Below are positions 46,324 to 50,999 of a stretch of DNA of 50,999 nt, one piece after another (within the stretch, counting starts at the first letter, position 1; every line of letters begins with the position of its first letter). The translations under genes and the position numbers were made by a program. Below the pieces are notes generated by a model that was given only the letters and a program-made list of their open reading frames with translations, did no database searches and was not told the origin of the DNA. This DNA comes from Octopus sinensis (taxonomy: Eukaryota): contig NW_021834972.1 in NCBI RefSeq assembly GCF_006345805.1, positions 1 to 50,999 of the forward strand, written 5' to 3'.

Positions 46324-46525
46324 TAAGCCCTTTTATATAATGTATATATATATATATATATAAATTTAGTTAGAGATAAAACCACTATTAAGCAACTCAA
46401 ACAGTGATTGATATAAACCAAACCATAAAAAAACAAAAAAATAATAATTAAATTAATACATAATATATATATAAAATATAAAATTAAAAAATTTAAATTA
46501 TTAAAATTTAAATTTTAAATTTTAA

Positions 46526-46562
<37 letters not shown>

Positions 46563-46899
46563 GTGTATGTGCGCGTGTGTGTGTATAAAGAGAGAGAGAC
46601 AGAGACAGACAGACAGACAGACAGAGACAGAGAAAACGGTGAGTTTACATGAAAATTTAGAAGCATACATATTTTATCCTAATACATGAATATATACTTG
46701 TTCTTTCGTTTGAGAATATAGATGCATAGGCATCCGGATACCTAATAAGTTCCTGTTACCTGTTTAGATGCAAAACAAAACACTTGTATATCAAGTAAAT
46801 TTATGACATTACATTATATGTAAAAGAGGTAAAAAAAATAATATTTGTTTTCATTTCAGCACATAAAACTGTTAATTTAAGAAGCGGAGATGAATACCA

Positions 46900-47095
46900 C
46901 AAAGCATTTCGCCCAGCGTGCTAACGTTTCTGCCCGCTCCCTGCCTTTAATAACTTGTCTTCTCTAGGCAAAAGGCCCGAAATTTTGGGTGAGGTGCTAA
47001 TCGATTAGATCGACCCCAGTACGTAACAGGTACTTAATTTATCCGAAAGGATGAAAGTCAAAGTCGACCTGGGCAGAATTTTAACATATATATTA
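46900..47095 (-). mobile_element. Rearranged SINE family 3 fragments
   Basis: aagcatttcgcccagcgtgctaacgtttctgcc and gaaaggatgaaagtcaaagtcgacct blocks. Confidence 0.6.
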
Positions 47096-47132
47096 ATATA
47101 TATATATATATATAATATATAAGGTGCATATA

Positions 47133-47166
<34 letters not shown>

Positions 47167-47353
47167 GTGGTGTGTGTATTATATATATATATATTGTGTG
47201 TGTATATATAATATATATGTATATATATATATTGTGTGTATGTATGTATATATATATATATGTATATATATATTATATATAATTACATTAGATTAGTTTG
47301 TTGAAGGCAAAGTCGACCTGGGCAGAATTTTAATATATATATAGAGAGAGAGA

Positions 47354-47391
<38 letters not shown>

Positions 47392-47808
47392 TTATATTAG
47401 ATAATTGTTAAAATGCATTATTTCTGGTAAGTAAATCATATATGTTACTTTTATTACAAACATTTTACTGCTACTGTTATTATTATCAACATCATCATTA
47501 TAGTTATATGAATGTCTGGACATAAACTATAAGCCCTTTCCTGTTATATTGCTTACTACGGCGTTAAACCTGGTACAATATCATATTACTCTAAACAATA
47601 AGAAAATGATTCGTTACATTTGGCCATACGTTTCGCTCTGCCTCGACTTATCAAGTAAGTATCATTTTTGGGTTAAATTAAGGAAGCTTTTAATATACAA
47701 TGTGAAAACATGATTTTCGGAGATATAAATATAGATATGTATATTTCATATTTTGTTTTGTACTGAGTAGAGTATCAAGGTTTAAAGAATTGTGAGATAT
47801 GTTATATA

Positions 47809-47852
<44 letters not shown>

Positions 47853-47861
47853 TTTGTATAC

Positions 47862-47907
<46 letters not shown>

Positions 47908-47913
47908 TATGTA

Positions 47914-47962
<49 letters not shown>

Positions 47963-48000
47963 ATATATGTATGTATACATATATATAATATATCTATATA

Positions 48001-48032
<32 letters not shown>

Positions 48033-48514
48033 TATATATGCTATATATATCTGCATGGCTGCACCTCAAGGCTGAATTACATGAAAGAATAAAAGAATAT
48101 TTCGTATATATATATCTATCTATATATATATATATATATATATGATATATATATATAATATATATAATATATTATTAGGCTTTCTCTGTTCGTGTCGCCC
48201 CTCTTCTTGTAGCGCAACACCCTCCTCTAATCCTGATACTCTCCCCCTCCTTTCAACTTAGAAATTTATTTATCCATATTTACAAAACCGATGCTTATGA
48301 GGAAATTCTTATATTTTAACGATAAATTCCATTAACAGTTCCCGCCGCCGCACTCACACACCTCATTATTCTTGAAGTAAGCTCGGACAGAGCAAAATGT
48401 GCAACCACTGGGACGAATCATTTTCGTTTTGTTTTAGCGTAAGAGATAAATACATATATACACATATACATATATATATATATATATATAATTAATGTGA
48501 TATATGTAGTATAC

Positions 48515-48591
48515 CGAAGTAGAAGTTGTATTTTCTGTGATCTTGCTCGGCTCCGTTGTAATGGTCGTTGGTCCCGCCGTTTTTGAATTGG
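48515..48591 (-). CDS. Internal exon X0 of minus-strand type I membrane protein gene; Ser/Thr-rich linker (phase 1 in, phase 0 out)
   Basis: Acceptor caattatag|CC, donor ACTTCG|gtatac; 77 nt read as (x)CC-NSKTAGPTTITTEPSKITENTTSTS, open. Ends in the same ACT TCG|gta as the downstream stalk exons and carries an N-T-T sequon. Confidence 0.7.
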
Positions 48592-48654
48592 CTATAATTG
48601 TTGACAAAACATTTATAAAATAAGATTATAATAGTGGTAAGACACATGCTAAGT

Positions 48655-48685
<31 letters not shown>

Positions 48686-48763
48686 ATATATATATATATC
48701 TATAATATCATATATATGTATATAAATATATATCTATAGATATATATACCTACATACATACTA

Positions 48764-48794
<31 letters not shown>

Positions 48795-48803
48795 ATATGT
48801 ATG

Positions 48804-48857
<54 letters not shown>

Positions 48858-48972
48858 ATATATATATTATATATATTTTAAAACCTTAGGGAATAATAGG
48901 TATTCCAGGTTAACAGGACATTTATTATTTTACACTTTACTAATGCAGCAATGTAAACAGTATCATTTACAA

Positions 48973-49683
48973 TATTATTACAAATTTGGGATTTTACCAA
49001 TAGAACCGCAGCTCCTATTTCAGGATAACCTTATTGTATGGAATACAAATAGAAAGTTATATCCAATAAAATAATAATTATAAGATGATATAAGCATTTA
49101 AAAAACCTACTAGAAAATACTACAAAATTATTTGAAAAAATATGTTATTAGTCTGTGGGGAAAGAAGATATTTTAAATCAAAGCGACACAAGTTTCTGCG
49201 CTGGGGGGTGTTTATTAAGGCTATACCTAATACATAAACCCACCAGTACGTCCTCAGGCTATTTATCTTACTGCTTTTATCATTAACGGACCAAAATTGA
49301 AAATACATATTATAAGTAATATTAAATAGAAAAATAAGAATAAAAATATAATAAAAATATATAAATTACAAATATATATTTAAAATTAAAAATTTTTAAT
49401 AATTAAAAAAAATTTTTTAATTCAGAAATTAAACACCTAAAATTACAATACCGATATATATAGAAAATATCGTCTTTCCCCCAGACTAATAACTAGTAAG
49501 CTATATATATTTTTTTCCAAATATTTTTCAAATAATTTTATAGTATTTTATAGTAGTTTTTTTTTAAATGCTTGTATATTTTATTATTATTATTTTATTG
49601 GATATAACTTTATATGTGTATTCCACAGAATAAGGTTATCCTGAGATAGGAGTTGCGGTTCTATTGGTAAAATGCCAATTTGT

Positions 49684-49690
<7 letters not shown>
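48973..49690. repeat. Long inverted repeat, ~200-220-nt arms, ~290-nt spacer
   Basis: ttttaccaatagaaccgcagctcctatttcaggataaccttatt versus aataaggttatcctgagataggagttgcggttctattggtaaaa. Confidence 0.85.
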
Positions 49691-49727
<37 letters not shown>

Positions 49728-49763
49728 TATATATATATAATATATATATTATATATATATATT

Positions 49764-49809
<46 letters not shown>

Positions 49810-50312
49810 TAAAACCCTTTATAGATTCAATAATGAAAATTTAAATTATACCATTTAGAAAAATTACATATTATACAAGATTAAATAAAAGATAAAACAT
49901 ATAACGATGATTAAGTAATGTGCAAAATAATAAATAAAACGTATATATTTGGTGTATATATATGCATTTAAATATACACAGATGGCAGGGTACACAAGTT
50001 CATTAAAAATTAATCTTTAACTGATTAGTATGTTGACATGTTCGATTTGCTTCGATCAAATGACTTTAGCCTGCTAAAAATAGCAGAGAAAAATTGTTTC
50101 TGTCTTTTGTATTATTTTTGGCTTATTTAAAAGAAAGATAAATAAAACATATTGCATGATGTACTCTTAGATACACATTGCCCGTGAAAAGAAAAAAAAA
50201 GAGATTGAAATGTCATGGACGTGATCTACTCTGCCAAGGATGTGCTTGATCAAAGGACTAAAAAAAACCAGCAACAATAAGAAGACACTGGATATTGTAA
50301 TTTTAAATGAAC

Positions 50313-50722
50313 AGGCGCAGGAGTGGCTGTGTGGTAAGTAGCTTGCTAACCAACCACATGGTTCCGGGTTCAGTCCCACTGCGTGGCATCTTGGGCAAGT
50401 GTCTTCTGCTATAGCCCCGGGCCGACCAATGCCTTGTGAGTGGATTTGGTAGACAGAAACTGAAAGAAGCCTGTCGTATATATGTATATATGTATGTGTG
50501 TGTGTTTGTGTGCCTGTATTTGTTCCCCTAGCATTGCTTGACAACCGATGCTGGTGTGTTTACGTCCCCGTCACTTAGCGGTTCGGCAAAAGAGACCGAT
50601 AGAATAAGTACTGGGCTTACAAAGAATAAGTCCTGGGGTCGATTTGCTCGACTAAAGGCGGTGCCCCAGTATGGCCGCAGTCAAATGACTGAAACAAGTA
50701 AAAGAGTAAAGAGTAAAGAGTA
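50313..50722 (+). mobile_element. tRNA-derived SINE family 1
   Basis: aggcgcaggagtggctgtgtggt...gggttcagtccc head; (gagtaaa)n tail. Confidence 0.9.
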
Positions 50723-50949
50723 TGTCAACAAAACCACGAGGAATTCATGGATCGGAATGTGGACGATGGGGTGTGGCCGTTTAGGCTGACTGGACATTGA
50801 ACCTGTTTTCACAACTGTACGTTTTTGCCGTGGGGTCAAAAACACACTAACACATACACACATGCACACACTCACACGAATAAACAAACATACAAACACG
50901 CACGCAGTGAAGAAATGTCTATCTATCTAGCTATACAGACAGATAGATG

Positions 50950-50999
<50 letters not shown>

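Noticed and set aside
46742-46759. Possible 18-nt stop-containing exon (VTGTY*) between X0 and H
   Set aside because: Only a short resemblance to the PTGT start; no homologous flanks.
50720-50860. GC-richer segment as a candidate exon upstream of X0
   Set aside because: No acceptor and phase-1 donor pair giving an open frame.

Overview
AT-rich eukaryotic DNA dense in microsatellites and SINEs; the repeat families look octopus/coleoid cephalopod (inferred, not searched). Most short ORFs in the track are microsatellite artefacts. The main biology is the 3' half of one minus-strand gene that the ORF track largely misses. In transcript order it has: a phase 1-to-0 Ser/Thr-rich exon (48515-48591); eight tandemly duplicated, frame-symmetric (phase 0-0) mucin-like exons of 87-117 nt (44721-44813 down to 29267-29353); and two separate phase-0 terminal exons. 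Each terminal exon encodes its own transmembrane helix and full cytoplasmic tail. One (14785-19236, 1483 aa) has YINM/YVNV and poly-Pro; the other (8148-9125, 325 aa) has two ITIM-consensus motifs and NPVY. This suggests a type I receptor with a splice-tunable glycosylated stalk and switchable signalling tails; no transcript evidence is available here and the family is unidentified. Introns and flanks hold decayed CR1-like LINEs, three tRNA-derived SINE families, a Tx1/L1 fragment, two non-autonomous Helitrons, MITEs, Penelope-type minimal hammerhead motifs, long inverted repeats and a 115-bp minisatellite derived from an RT catalytic motif.
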